A stretch of DNA of 34,353 nt from Candidatus Coatesbacteria bacterium. GTDB lineage: Bacteria; RBG-13-66-14. A program made the translations under genes and the position numbers. The notes beneath the pieces are model-generated. The model did not search any database. It had not been told where the DNA came from and worked only from the letters and a program-made list of their open reading frames with translations. The first letter of the stretch is position 1. Each line of letters opens with the position of its first letter. The DNA lies in NCBI GenBank assembly GCA_014728185.1, contig WJMB01000138.1, forward strand, positions 1 to 34,353, written 5' to 3'. Below are positions 7,770-16,972 of this stretch, in pieces.

Positions 7770-9779
7770 TCAGTCGTAGAAGACCCAGGAGAAGCTCAGG
7801 TGGAAACCCGGCGGCGCGGTCAGGCGACCCAGGCCGTCGAATTCCATCCCGCCGCCGATCAGGTTGTTCAACCGCAGGCTGATATCGAAGTCGATCACCC
7901 GGGCGCGGATCAGCAGGTCCAGGGTGAACAGGTCCGTATCCGGCGTCGTGCCCGGCTCACCCGGGTAGGCGGTGTCGAGGATACGGTTGGCGTAGCTCAG
8001 GTGGGCTTCTCCGGTGAGGGTCAAATCACCCTGGAAGAAGCGCCCGGCGTAGCCCAGAGCGGCGCGACCCATGAACCAGGGACCCTTGTCGTCCCGCCAG
8101 GCCAGGGAACCGACCAGGCGCAGCCGCAGCGGTGAGCCGCGAAGCTCGTCGTTCTTCTGCTCGATCTGGTCTCGTCCGATGCCGCCCTGGATCCAGGGGT
8201 CGTCGTGATGCCCGAGAGTCAGTTCGAGCTCGCCGCCGTAGAGCTCTCGAGACTCGGCGGCGTTGACCAGACCGGCGCCTTCGTCGCTCAGCGCATCCGC
8301 CAGACCGCCGTAATAGCCGGTCAGTTGGAGCTTGAGCGGGTCAAGCCGGGTAACGCGCAGCCCGGCCTCCAGGTTCCAGCCGCGTTCGGGCTCCAGCTCG
8401 CCGATGGCCCGCTGGCGCTCCTCCAGGCTCGGTGGACGGTGACCGTCGGCGTAATTGACGAAGACCGAGTCCAGGCCCAGGCGGTGCTGGAGGCCCTGTA
8501 GAAAGCCCAGGCTGAAGGCCGGCGCGCCGCCGCAGCGTGAGTCCTCGTCGTAGCGGGCGGCGGCGACAATCTGGGTCAGGCCCTCGAAGAGTCCCTGCTC
8601 CAGGCTCAGCGCACCGCCGTAGCGATAGAGACGATCGTCAGCGTAGGCCGTTGACTCTTCCAGCCAGCCGTCCAGGGTCAAGCCGAGGCGGGCTCCCCTC
8701 CAGGGGGCCAGGTCCAGTTTGAGCAGCCCGTCGTAGACATCGGCCTCGTAGTAACTCGGCTCGGGCAGTTCTCCGGGAAAGAGCTGGTCGTAATCGGTCA
8801 AGCTGCGCGAGCGCTCACGGTCGTTGTAGCGCAGATCGCCGCGCAGGCGGCCCCAGTCAGCCAGGGGCAGCTCGAGCCAAGCGCCGTAGCTGTATAGATT
8901 GAGGTCGTCGCGGCGTTGGGCCTCGGAGTGCGACCAGCGGTCGCCGTAGCGCGAGTAGTGGCTGCGGGCGTAGATGCCAATGCGACCGTCGTCGTAGCGC
9001 TCTCCGGGTTGGGTGAGCCCCAGGTCGAAGGCCAGCTCTGCGTCCAGGTCGCCACCGTCGGAGTCCAGGCCGTGCTCGGCGGAGTCGGCGCTCCACTTGG
9101 AGCCGCCCACCTTGTAGGCCAGGCGCCAGCGCTGATCGGTAAAGCGTCCCCAGTAGCTCTGATCGTTATAGGTGCCGCTGCCGCCGCCCACCTGGGCCAC
9201 GGCCAGGGTGGGACGTCGAGCTGAGCGGGTGACCACGTTGATCACCCCGCCGGGGGCCCCGGCGTAGAGACCGCCGCCGGGGGTGCGCAGGATCTCCACC
9301 CGGCGGACCAGATTGAGCGGGATGCGTGCCAGGGCCTCGCTCCACCAGACGCCGTGATCGACGGGCAGGCCGTCGATGTAGACGCGCAGGTGCTGGGTGG
9401 AGTGACCGCGCACCGCCAGGCCGCCGTTGTCGCCCAGTCGGTAGCGCTGATCCGGGTAGAGGCCGGCCTCGAAGGCCAGGGCGTCGGCCAGGCCGGCGTA
9501 GTTGAACTCGCGCAGGCGGGCGCCGGAAATCACACTGACGGCGAAGGGCGTGCTCTCCACGTTACGCAGTGAGCCGCCGATGATCAGGCTGTCGGTGAGG
9601 TCGTCTTCGAGGTAGGCTTCGTGGAAGGCTTCGGCGAGGAGGCGGTCGCGTTCGAGCTGCTCCGGGGTCAGCTCGGGTCGGGGCTTTTCGGGCAGGTCCT
9701 GCTGTGCGACGGCGCCGGCGACCATCAGGATCGACAGCGCGGCGACCAGAATGAAACCGCGACGGGGCGGGGGGTTCAA
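7770..9779 (-). CDS. TonB-dependent outer-membrane receptor (BtuB-like plug + barrel)
   Basis: Signal peptide; plug motifs VSVIS, LAVRG, VYIDGLP, VRRVEILR...YAGAPGGVINVVTR; barrel motifs LEPERGWNLEAG and NNL; aromatic C-terminus. Start overlaps the upstream stop. Confidence 0.85.
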   Translation of the reverse strand: MNPPPRRGFILVAALSILMVAGAVAQQDLPEKPRPELTPEQLERDRLLAEAFHEAYLEDDLTDSLIIGGSLRNVESTPFAVSVISGARLREFNYAGLADALAFEAGLYPDQRYRLGDNGGLAVRGHSTQHLRVYIDGLPVDHGVWWSEALARIPLNLVRRVEILRTPGGGLYAGAPGGVINVVTRSARRPTLAVAQVGGGSGTYNDQSYWGRFTDQRWRLAYKVGGSKWSADSAEHGLDSDGGDLDAELAFDLGLTQPGERYDDGRIGIYARSHYSRYGDRWSHSEAQRRDDLNLYSYGAWLELPLADWGRLRGDLRYNDRERSRSLTDYDQLFPGELPEPSYYEADVYDGLLKLDLAPWRGARLGLTLDGWLEESTAYADDRLYRYGGALSLEQGLFEGLTQIVAAARYDEDSRCGGAPAFSLGFLQGLQHRLGLDSVFVNYADGHRPPSLEERQRAIGELEPERGWNLEAGLRVTRLDPLKLQLTGYYGGLADALSDEGAGLVNAAESRELYGGELELTLGHHDDPWIQGGIGRDQIEQKNDELRGSPLRLRLVGSLAWRDDKGPWFMGRAALGYAGRFFQGDLTLTGEAHLSYANRILDTAYPGEPGTTPDTDLFTLDLLIRARVIDFDISLRLNNLIGGGMEFDGLGRLTAPPGFHLSFSWVFYD

Positions 9780-10705
9780 TCCGTCTCCCGGCGCTCCCCG
9801 TTCTCGCTGGAACGGTCGACCAGCAAACCCTCGACGCCCAGGGGGTTGTAGCCGTCGTCGCTCTCGGACGCGTCGTCTTCGAGGTCGAAGAGGTCGTCTT
9901 CGGCGGGGGAGGACTCTCTGTTATCGGACACCGTCTCGCCCGTCGACCCATCCGCCAGCTCGTCCGAGAGATCGATTTCCTCGGCGTCGGCGGGCACCGC
10001 TGATTCACCGGCGGCGCGCCTTGTCGGATCAACCCTCGCACTGTCGACATCGGCCTCGCCGGGCGCTTCATCGTTTCCGGGGCTTTCGGGGAAATCGGCG
10101 GGGCGGCTGGGAGCGGGGGCTTCGTCGGTGGAACCCTCCTCGACGGCCGCGGGCGTATATTCGGTTTCATCGAGGAAACCGCTGGGGCGCTCGTCGGATA
10201 CGCCGGGCTCGGTCGATTCCTCGTTGCCGGATTCGAGCGGTTCGACCCGTTCCTCGGCGGAGGTTTGTTCCGGTGCGGCGCTTTCTTCAACGCGGCCCTC
10301 GTCTGGGAGGTCTACGTCGGGTCGCTCGGACGGGGCCTCGGTTTGAGCGGCGGGCGTCTGCGCAGGCTCATTGACAGCGGACTCGGGCGAGGTCTCAGGC
10401 TCCACCGGTGTCGGCGTCTTCGGGGCGGGCTCGAGCTCCAGGGCCTCATCGAGCTCGGCGATGAGGGCGTCGAGGCGTTCGACGGCGTTGCGGCGCAGCT
10501 TCTCCAGCTCCTCCAGTTGCCGCTTGAGCTCCTCACCGGCCGCCGCGCGCTCCTTGGCCTCTTCGAGCTCCATGTTCAACAGCTCGTTGTCCTCGGCCAG
10601 GGATTGGTTGAGACGCGAGAGGTCGCCGTTGGAGCGCTTTAGCTCGCCGATTTTCTCGACGGCCAGCCGGATGCGGCTCTGTAGTTTGTCGAGCAGTTCT
10701 TCCAC
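9776..10705 (-). CDS. ZapB-like coiled-coil protein with a long acidic disordered C-terminal tail
   Basis: N-terminal ~90 aa heptad pattern (LDKLQSRIRLAVEKIGELK...); position after pheT, as for zapB-like genes; GTG at 10705 lies 6 nt from GGAGG; E/D/P/S-rich tail. Confidence 0.6.
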   Translation of the reverse strand: MEELLDKLQSRIRLAVEKIGELKRSNGDLSRLNQSLAEDNELLNMELEEAKERAAAGEELKRQLEELEKLRRNAVERLDALIAELDEALELEPAPKTPTPVEPETSPESAVNEPAQTPAAQTEAPSERPDVDLPDEGRVEESAAPEQTSAEERVEPLESGNEESTEPGVSDERPSGFLDETEYTPAAVEEGSTDEAPAPSRPADFPESPGNDEAPGEADVDSARVDPTRRAAGESAVPADAEEIDLSDELADGSTGETVSDNRESSPAEDDLFDLEDDASESDDGYNPLGVEGLLVDRSSENGERRETD

Positions 10706-11087
10706 GGCCAACCTCCGTTTCGTCGCCTTCGGGTTCGAACTACCTTCGCGTTGTCCTTATCGATACCTAGAACTCCAATACGCTAAGTATCTTAACACAC
10801 CAAATCGCCTTCAGGGTAGCCCCGGTGGTCTCGATTGGCAAATTAACGTTGAAGCCCGGCACGATACCAGGTTATTCATTCATGATGAAGTTATAACCGG
10901 CTGCCGACTGAACAGTGGTGCCCCCCCAGCAAGTAGAGTCTTGATTGCCGGTTGGAAACCAGCGAAAGTGCTCCAGTCGCTGGTTCGATGCAGAGTGTTC
11001 TAAGCGATAACCATATCCTCTTGTTTCATCATCCCCTTGTTTAATCAAGACTTAGTGTACTCTTTCATGACCGTGGATTAATGGCAA

Positions 11088-11405
11088 GAGATCATATACT
11101 CTGATCGGACCGGGCTGTGTTCGTAATCTGCTTATATTACACGTGTAGCAGAAGATATACCTGTCACTTTCCAGCAGAAAAAAGTGGTGGTGATATGGGA
11201 CATGCTCGTTGGATAACCTACCCTGCCTAGTTGCCTGCAAAGAAAGACCACCCGATTGCCGCTCGACTCATAACTGCCCCAATATCAAGTAACAAGACTA
11301 CGCATGATAAGTATCGGGATTCAAGCCGAACGCAACTAAACAGCCAACTCCTCGTGAAGCTCTCATTATCGACCCTGATTTGGTTCGATCACGTTCTATG
11401 ATGGC
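11088..11405 (-). mobile_element. MITE-like family C, full-length copy (318 bp)
   Basis: End-to-end reverse alignment with 31867-32189 (e.g. CCGCTCGACTCATAACTGC); ends GAGATCATATACTCTGATCGGACC / GGTTCGATCACGTTCTATGATGGC. Confidence 0.85.
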
Positions 11406-11452
11406 TTCAATAAATACTTGGGCCGGCGGACAAGCCGACAGGGGACGTTGAG

Positions 11453-13834
11453 CTACGAGCGCAGCTCGGCGCCCAGCTCCTCGGCCAGGGCTTTGACGAT
11501 CGCGGCGTGACGGGCGTCCACCTCGTCGTCGGTCAGCGTGCGCTCCGGCGAGCGAAAGCTCAGCGCGTAGGCCAGGGAGCGCCTGCCGGCCCCGATCTGC
11601 TTGCCGGTGTAGACATCGAAGATATCCACGCTCTCCAGCAGCTCGTCGGCGGCGGCCTCGATCACCTCGAGTACGCGAGCGTGGGTCACTCCCTCCTCGA
11701 CGACCAGGGCCAGGTCCCGGGTGACGGGGGGATAGGCGGTCGGGTGTTGGAAAACCGGCTCGCCGCGGCGTTCGATCAGCTTGGCCACGTCCAGCTCCAA
11801 CCCCCAGGCCGGATCGCCCTCCAGCTCGTAGGTCTCCAGCAGCTCACCGGCGAAGCGCACCAGCCGACCCAGGCGCTCGCCGTCGAGTTCCACGGCCAGG
11901 CGCAGCGTCGTGTCCGGCGTGGTCTCCAGTGGTTTCAACTCCACCTCGGGGAGCTTGAGTGAATCGAGCAGCGCTTCCAACAGCCCCTTGAGGTCGTAGA
12001 AGTCGTAGGCGCGCTCGACGGCGTGCCAGCTATCGCCGGGGCGCTTGCCCGCCAGCACGGCGCAGAGGCGCTGGCTCTCCCGGGGAGCCTCGTCGCCCTG
12101 GTGGAAGCTGGTCGAGAACTCGTAGAAGCCTCCACCGGCCAGACCGCGACGGCGGTTGTGCCCGGCGGCGTTGAGCAGGCCGATGAAACCGGTGGGCCGC
12201 AGGAAGGGGTGTCCCTTATCCAGGGGATTGCGCACCCGAACGAGCTCCTCTTCGGCGAAACCGAAGCCGGCTGCCTCCTCGGCGGCGACGAAGTCCGTGC
12301 AGAGGACCTCGCGGCAACCGCCGGCGGCCAGGGCGGCGTGGAGGTGTCCGCGTGGGTCGGGCGGGTTGAGGCGCTCGGCGCGCAGCGGGGGCAGCTCTAT
12401 GGGCACGGCGTCGTAGCCGATGACCTGGCCCAGCTCCTCGATCAGGTCGATCTCCCGGGACAGGTCGGGCCGGTGGCTGGGAGCGGCCCAGCGGCTGGTC
12501 GACCCGGCGTCCTCAAGCAGCTCGCAGCCCAGGCTGCGCAGACTCTCCCGCAATCGCTCATCGGTAATGCTGAACCCCAGAACGGCCTCGGCCCGCTCCC
12601 GGCGCAGCTCGATCTGCGGCACTGTCCAGGGGCGGGGATGGGCGTCGTAGAGCACCTCGTCAATCTCGCCGCCGGCGATCTCGACGATCAGTTCAGCGGC
12701 CAGGCGGGCGGCCTCGGGAGCCAGCTCCGGATCGGCTCCACGGCTGAACAGATGACTCGAGGAGGAATGGACATCCAGGGCGTTGGCCGTGGCACGCACC
12801 GAGGTGGGCTCGAACCAGGCGCTCTCGATGAGGATATCGGTGGTGTCCTCGTCGACGCCGGAGTCACGGCCGCCCATCACCCCGGCCACCGCCACGGGCT
12901 TCTCCGCGTCGGCGATGACCAGCATCTCTTCACTCAAGGCGCAGTCGTCGCCGTCCAGGGTGACGATGCCCTCGCCGGGACGGGCGCGGCGGACGACTAT
13001 CCGGCCGTCCGTGAGTCTGTTCAGATCGAAGGCGTGCAGCGGCTGGCCCAGGCCGTGGAGGATGTAGTTGGTCACGTCGACGATGTTCGAGATCGGTCGG
13101 TGGCCGATGGCGATCAGCCGCTGGGCCAGCCAGTCCGGACCGGGGCCGACCTTCACGCCGCGCACGATCAGCCCGACGTAACGGCGGCAGAGCTCCGGGG
13201 CCTCGACGGCGACCACACCGGGATCATCGATTACTTTGGGCGTGATCCGCGCCCGGGGGGACTCGAAGTCCAGGCCGTGGATCGCCGCCAACTGCCGCGC
13301 CAGACCGAGGTGGGACAACGTGTCGGGCCGGTTGGGCGTAGTCTCGAAGTCGATCACCACGCCGTCACTCGGCGCCAGGCGCTCCAGGGACGCTCCCGGC
13401 TGCCACTCGTCCTCATCCAGCAGCCAAATGCCCGTGTGGTCCGCCGACAGTCCCAGCTCGAGCCGGCTGGCCAGCATACCCCGACTGAGCACGCCCATGA
13501 TCTCGCGCTCGCCCACCGTCAGCAGGGGCAGACGGGTGCCCGATGAAACGTAGGGCACCAAACGGCCGGCGGCTTCGGCGGTGTTGGGCGCACCGGCGAC
13601 GACCTCGACCCGACCGCCGTCGACCTCAACCAGGCAGCGGTAGAGCTTCTTCGACCTTGGCAGCGGCCCAACCTCCAGAACCCGACCGGCTTTAACCTTG
13701 CGAAGGTGCTCATATGCAATGCAAAAACCTTCGGAAACGGCGCAGGAGGTGGTCAGGTCGTCGGCTATCTGTTCCGGCGTGCGGTCGAAGCTTTTTGGCA
13801 GGTAGTCGGCCAGCCAGGTGGTGTAGCACTTCAC
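11453..13834 (-). CDS. pheT: Phenylalanine--tRNA ligase beta subunit
   Basis: TPNRPD, NIVDVTNY, GQPLHAFD, LIESAWF, RPDLSREIDLIEE, C-terminal RDLAL...RTLTDDEVD anticodon-binding domain. Confidence 0.97.
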   Translation of the reverse strand: MKCYTTWLADYLPKSFDRTPEQIADDLTTSCAVSEGFCIAYEHLRKVKAGRVLEVGPLPRSKKLYRCLVEVDGGRVEVVAGAPNTAEAAGRLVPYVSSGTRLPLLTVGEREIMGVLSRGMLASRLELGLSADHTGIWLLDEDEWQPGASLERLAPSDGVVIDFETTPNRPDTLSHLGLARQLAAIHGLDFESPRARITPKVIDDPGVVAVEAPELCRRYVGLIVRGVKVGPGPDWLAQRLIAIGHRPISNIVDVTNYILHGLGQPLHAFDLNRLTDGRIVVRRARPGEGIVTLDGDDCALSEEMLVIADAEKPVAVAGVMGGRDSGVDEDTTDILIESAWFEPTSVRATANALDVHSSSSHLFSRGADPELAPEAARLAAELIVEIAGGEIDEVLYDAHPRPWTVPQIELRRERAEAVLGFSITDERLRESLRSLGCELLEDAGSTSRWAAPSHRPDLSREIDLIEELGQVIGYDAVPIELPPLRAERLNPPDPRGHLHAALAAGGCREVLCTDFVAAEEAAGFGFAEEELVRVRNPLDKGHPFLRPTGFIGLLNAAGHNRRRGLAGGGFYEFSTSFHQGDEAPRESQRLCAVLAGKRPGDSWHAVERAYDFYDLKGLLEALLDSLKLPEVELKPLETTPDTTLRLAVELDGERLGRLVRFAGELLETYELEGDPAWGLELDVAKLIERRGEPVFQHPTAYPPVTRDLALVVEEGVTHARVLEVIEAAADELLESVDIFDVYTGKQIGAGRRSLAYALSFRSPERTLTDDEVDARHAAIVKALAEELGAELRS

Positions 13835-13887
13835 AGGCGTACCCCGGGGTTGAGTTGGTTTGGGTTGATCGGCACTGGTTGAAAACG

Positions 13888-14227
13888 GGGATCAGAAACA
13901 CACTGGGACATGATCGGCTTCAACGGCTTGTTCCGGCGCAGCGCGCGAGGAGCCGAGCCCGTCGATCGTTCATGCAGATCGAGAAGCCAGGCACTCCAGA
14001 ACATTGGCTGGAACTGCAACACCGCCGCATCCACCAAAGAAAGGACAGTTCACCGAGCGGTCACTAGTCGTTCGGTTGCGTCGCGTTTTGATACCGAAGA
14101 TAAGTCGAAGGGCAACCGGATGGACGCTAAACACAAGCTGCTAGCATAATAGGGTATCCTCAAGGCTTACCCCTGTCAGCGCTGCTTTTCATCTGCTCAT
14201 TGGAGATAGTAACTCCAGATTAAAGCC
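13888..14227. mobile_element. Degenerate MITE cluster including a rearranged family C copy (~14045-14227)
   Basis: Left end GGGATCAG-N9-GGGACA at 13888; TGTCAGCGCTGCTTTTCATCTGCTCATTGGAGATAGTAACTCC (14174-14216) is the exact reverse complement of 6907-6949. Confidence 0.7.
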
Positions 14228-14229
14228 TA

Positions 14230-14601
14230 GGGATCACACACGATCATGGACCAGCTAGTTATAACTCGAAACACCGATCCACCTCGAAAAACGGCTGATA
14301 CGAGGCTATGCCGAATGATGTTTGGCCTGTCAACTCAACCCCTCGGCGCCTGCTAGTTATAGCCTGTTAGTTATATATATGATAATTAGTTACTTGGCAT
14401 TAATGAATCGTAATCGAAGCCCATTGCGCCAGGCAGTTTCTTCTTGAGCGCCGAGAAGTCATAACAGGCATTATAGAAATGTGAAACCCCGCTTAACTTG
14501 CCACACACTAAAAACTCGATGTGTAAACCTGCTTGCCCGCTAACTGCTGATAATTGAACGATATTCAGTAACACCATGGTCCGTGACCATTAAGTGATCC
14601 C
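14230..14601 (-). mobile_element. MITE-like family A, copy 3 (372 bp; small internal tandem duplication near 14350-14375)
   Basis: TIR GGGATCAC...GTGATCCC; collinear with 4449-4809. Confidence 0.88.
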
Positions 14602-14602
14602 T

Positions 14603-14736
14603 TGTTTCATTATCAAGCAATAAGGCCGCGCAAGCTGGTATCGGGGGCACCTTAAGACGCACCCAATCTGCGACTGTCTGCTTGCTGAACCTTTCACTAT
14701 CGGCCCTGATTTGATTCGTAAGAGTTCCATGATCAC
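14603..14736 (-). repeat. Family C left-part fragment abutting A copy 3
   Basis: TCAAGCAATAAGGCCGCGC and CCCTGATTTGATTCGTAAGAGTTCCATGATCAC align with 11285-11405. Confidence 0.7.
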
Positions 14737-14777
14737 GTACGATGATAACCCACCGCCACTCGATAAACCGACGGGGA

Positions 14778-14854
14778 GGCGTTGGCGCGTTTGTTGCGCA
14801 GGCGGGGGTTGGTTCGCAGTGGCGGTGCGCACTCGCAAGAAACGTGCCAACGCC
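14778..14854. promoter_or_regulatory. Inverted repeat made of two convergent sigma54-consensus sites (copy 1)
   Basis: TGGCGC-GTTTG-TTGC (14783-14797, +) and TGGCAC-GTTTC-TTGC (14849-14835, -), 37-nt spacer. Confidence 0.55.
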
Positions 14855-14869
14855 GGTTCAGGCCGGAAG

Positions 14870-15880
14870 CTAGAACTGCTCCAGGAAGCGGACGTCGTTC
14901 TCGTAGAACAGGCGGATGTCGTCGATACCGTAGCGCACCATAGCGATGCGCTCCGGTCCGATGCCGAAGGCGAAGCCGGTGAACATCTCGGTGTCCACGC
15001 CCATCGGCTCCAGCACCGCCGGGTCGACCATCCCGGAGCCGCCCAACTCGATCCAGCCCGTTCCCGAACAGGTCCGGCAGCCGTCACCGCCGCAGGCCGG
15101 ACAGGTTGACTCGATTTCAGCCGAGGGTTCGGTGAAGGGGAAGAAGTGGGGTCGGAAGCGCACTCGGGTCTTCGAACCGAAGAGCGCGCGGGCGAACTCC
15201 ATCAACACGCCCTTGAGGTGGGCGAAACTGACGCCCTTGTCGATCCAGAGCCCCTCGATCTGGTGGAAGACCGGGTAATGCCGGGCGTCGGCGGTATCGT
15301 TGCGATAGCAGCGTCCCGGGGCGATGATGCGCACCGGCGGCTTGGTCGTCTCCAGGGTGCGGATCTGCACCGGGCTGGTCTCGGTGCGCAGCAGCAGATC
15401 GCAGCCCTCGAGGTAGAGCGTGTCCTTCTCGTCGCGGGCCGGGTGGTCCGCCGGGGTGTTGAGTGCGTCGAAGTTGTGGTACTCGTCTTCGATCAGCGGT
15501 CCCTCGGCCGTGGTGAAGCCCAGATCGCAGAAGATATCGACCAGCTCGTCGATAACCTGGTTGACCGGGTGGCGGCGGTGGACCTCGAAGCGGCGTCCGG
15601 GCAGAGTGTAGTCGAGCTGCGGAACCTCGCGACGTGGGGCGCTGAGCTCGGCGGCGCGGGCGGTCAGGCGGCGCTGGATGTCGCCCTTGATCTCGTTGGC
15701 CAGGGCGCCGGCTCGGGGGCGGTCCTCGGGCGGCAGGGAGCCCAAACGGCGCAGCTTCTCGGTCAGCCGGCCCTTGCGGCCCAGGTACTCGACCCGGACG
15801 GCCTCGAGTTCGGCGTTTTCAGCGACTGCGTCCACGCGCTTGAGCGCCTCGCGACGGATCTTCTCCAGGGCTTCGAACAC
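14870..15880 (-). CDS. pheS: Phenylalanine--tRNA ligase alpha subunit
   Basis: GTG at 15880 after GGAG; NFDALNTPADHPAR, LRTETSPVQIR, FHQIEG, FFPFTEPSAE, CxxC...CxxC insert, GFAFGIGPER, DIRLFYENDVRFL. Confidence 0.97.
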   Translation of the reverse strand: MFEALEKIRREALKRVDAVAENAELEAVRVEYLGRKGRLTEKLRRLGSLPPEDRPRAGALANEIKGDIQRRLTARAAELSAPRREVPQLDYTLPGRRFEVHRRHPVNQVIDELVDIFCDLGFTTAEGPLIEDEYHNFDALNTPADHPARDEKDTLYLEGCDLLLRTETSPVQIRTLETTKPPVRIIAPGRCYRNDTADARHYPVFHQIEGLWIDKGVSFAHLKGVLMEFARALFGSKTRVRFRPHFFPFTEPSAEIESTCPACGGDGCRTCSGTGWIELGGSGMVDPAVLEPMGVDTEMFTGFAFGIGPERIAMVRYGIDDIRLFYENDVRFLEQF

Positions 15881-15988
15881 GGTTGCTCCAGCTCTATCTA
15901 GTCGGGTGGCACGGCTTGTGAGTAAACAGTTCTTGCGGCTTATGGGAAATCCGCGGGATCTTCGCATACTGTGAAAAAAGTTATGGTC

Positions 15989-16108
15989 ACCCGGCAGAAT
16001 GAAAGCCCCCGGGTGAGGGGGCCTGCGGCTTGCGGCACATTCCCGCCACACCCCCTGGTATCAGAGAGGTCATGGGCAGGGGGCGTTGATGCTATAAGTC
16101 CGCCGGGT
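15989..16108 (-). ncRNA. Candidate structured RNA / attenuator in the rplT-pheS spacer
   Basis: Closing stem ACCCGGCGGA/TCTGCCGGGT encloses two hairpins; mismatches resolve as G-U pairs on the minus strand. Confidence 0.35.
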
Positions 16109-16129
16109 AGGGCGTCCCTGAAGCCTTCC

Positions 16130-16477
16130 TCAGCCTTGAAGCGCCTCGACGACGCTGGTGAAGGCTTGCGGATCGGTGGCGGCCAGATCCGCCAGTATCT
16201 TGCGGTCCAGTTCAACGCCGGCCTTGCCCAGACCGTTGATAAATCGGCTGTAGCTTGTGCCGTTGATTCGGCAGGCGGCGTTGATGCGGGCGATCCACAG
16301 GCGGCGGAAGTGTCCCTTGCGTTTGCGGCGGTCGCGGTAGGCGTACTGCAAAGACTTGGTAACCGCGTCCTTGGCGGTGCGGAACAACCGGCTGCGGCCG
16401 TGCTTGAAACCCGAGGCCCGCTTGAGGACCTTGCGGCGACGGCGGCGGCTGGCGACGTTGTTGATGGCGCGGGGCAT
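16130..16477 (-). CDS. rplT: 50S ribosomal protein L20
   Basis: MPRA...[44 protein letters not shown]. Confidence 0.98.
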   Translation of the reverse strand: MPRAINNVASRRRRRKVLKRASGFKHGRSRLFRTAKDAVTKSLQYAYRDRRKRKGHFRRLWIARINAACRINGTSYSRFINGLGKAGVELDRKILADLAATDPQAFTSVVEALQG

Positions 16478-16504
16478 GGTCTATCTCCTGCTAAAAGCGC
16501 GGCG

Positions 16505-16702
16505 CTACTTGTTGAGCATACGCTTGATCTTCTTGACGTCACCCTTGACCGGAACGCTGGTCGAGTTGCGCAGACGGCGCTTGCGGTCCGCACTCTTCTT
16601 GGTCAGGATATGGTTGCAGTTGGCGCGATGACGCATCAGCTTGCCCCGGCGGGTCAGGCGGAAGCGCTTGGCGGTTCCCTTGTGGGTCTTGGCCTTGGGC
16701 AC
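16505..16702 (-). CDS. rpmI: 50S ribosomal protein L35
   Basis: MPKAKTHKGTAKRF...HILTKKS..RKRRL; RBS AAGGAG. Confidence 0.98.
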   Translation of the reverse strand: MPKAKTHKGTAKRFRLTRRGKLMRHRANCNHILTKKSADRKRRLRNSTSVPVKGDVKKIKRMLNK

Positions 16703-16847
16703 GTTTCTACTCCTTGAATGGCACGAGGATGCGGCGGTCGTCGGCTTTCGGAGAACGGTCTTCTCGGGGATCAGTCCTGGTGTGTGGGCTCGGATGTGAA
16801 TTCAAAGCCGCCGTTCCGCCAATCTCGAATCCCCGCAGTTGGCGGGG

Positions 16848-16856
16848 AGTATAGCA
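16848..16856 (-). promoter_or_regulatory. Extended -10 promoter element upstream of rpmI
   Basis: TG-C-TATACT, about 145 nt upstream of rpmI. Confidence 0.45.
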
Positions 16857-16972
16857 CAAAGGCATGATAAAGGGGAAGGCCCCTCTTGCCTTCATCCAGC
16901 CCGAGAAAAGCAGTACACACTCTACTGGCTTGCGTTCTCAGCGACGCGCGGGCGGCCCCGCGCGGATGCGGC

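Noticed and set aside
10712-11452. 6S RNA expected near pheT/zapB
   Set aside because: No long irregular hairpin seen; the region holds a family C element and only a short stem near 10948-10985
12023-13546. 507-aa plus-strand ORF (likewise 20679-21935, 22989-24359, 24764-25786, 6013-6801)
   Set aside because: Antisense shadows of well-supported genes
15907-15921. Additional sigma54-like site TGGCACGGCTTGTGA
   Set aside because: The -12 element does not match TTGC and there is no partner arm
15881-16051. N-terminal extension of PheS or a pheM-like Phe leader
   Set aside because: RBS and homology place the start at 15880; no separate Phe-rich leader ORF or T-box sequence
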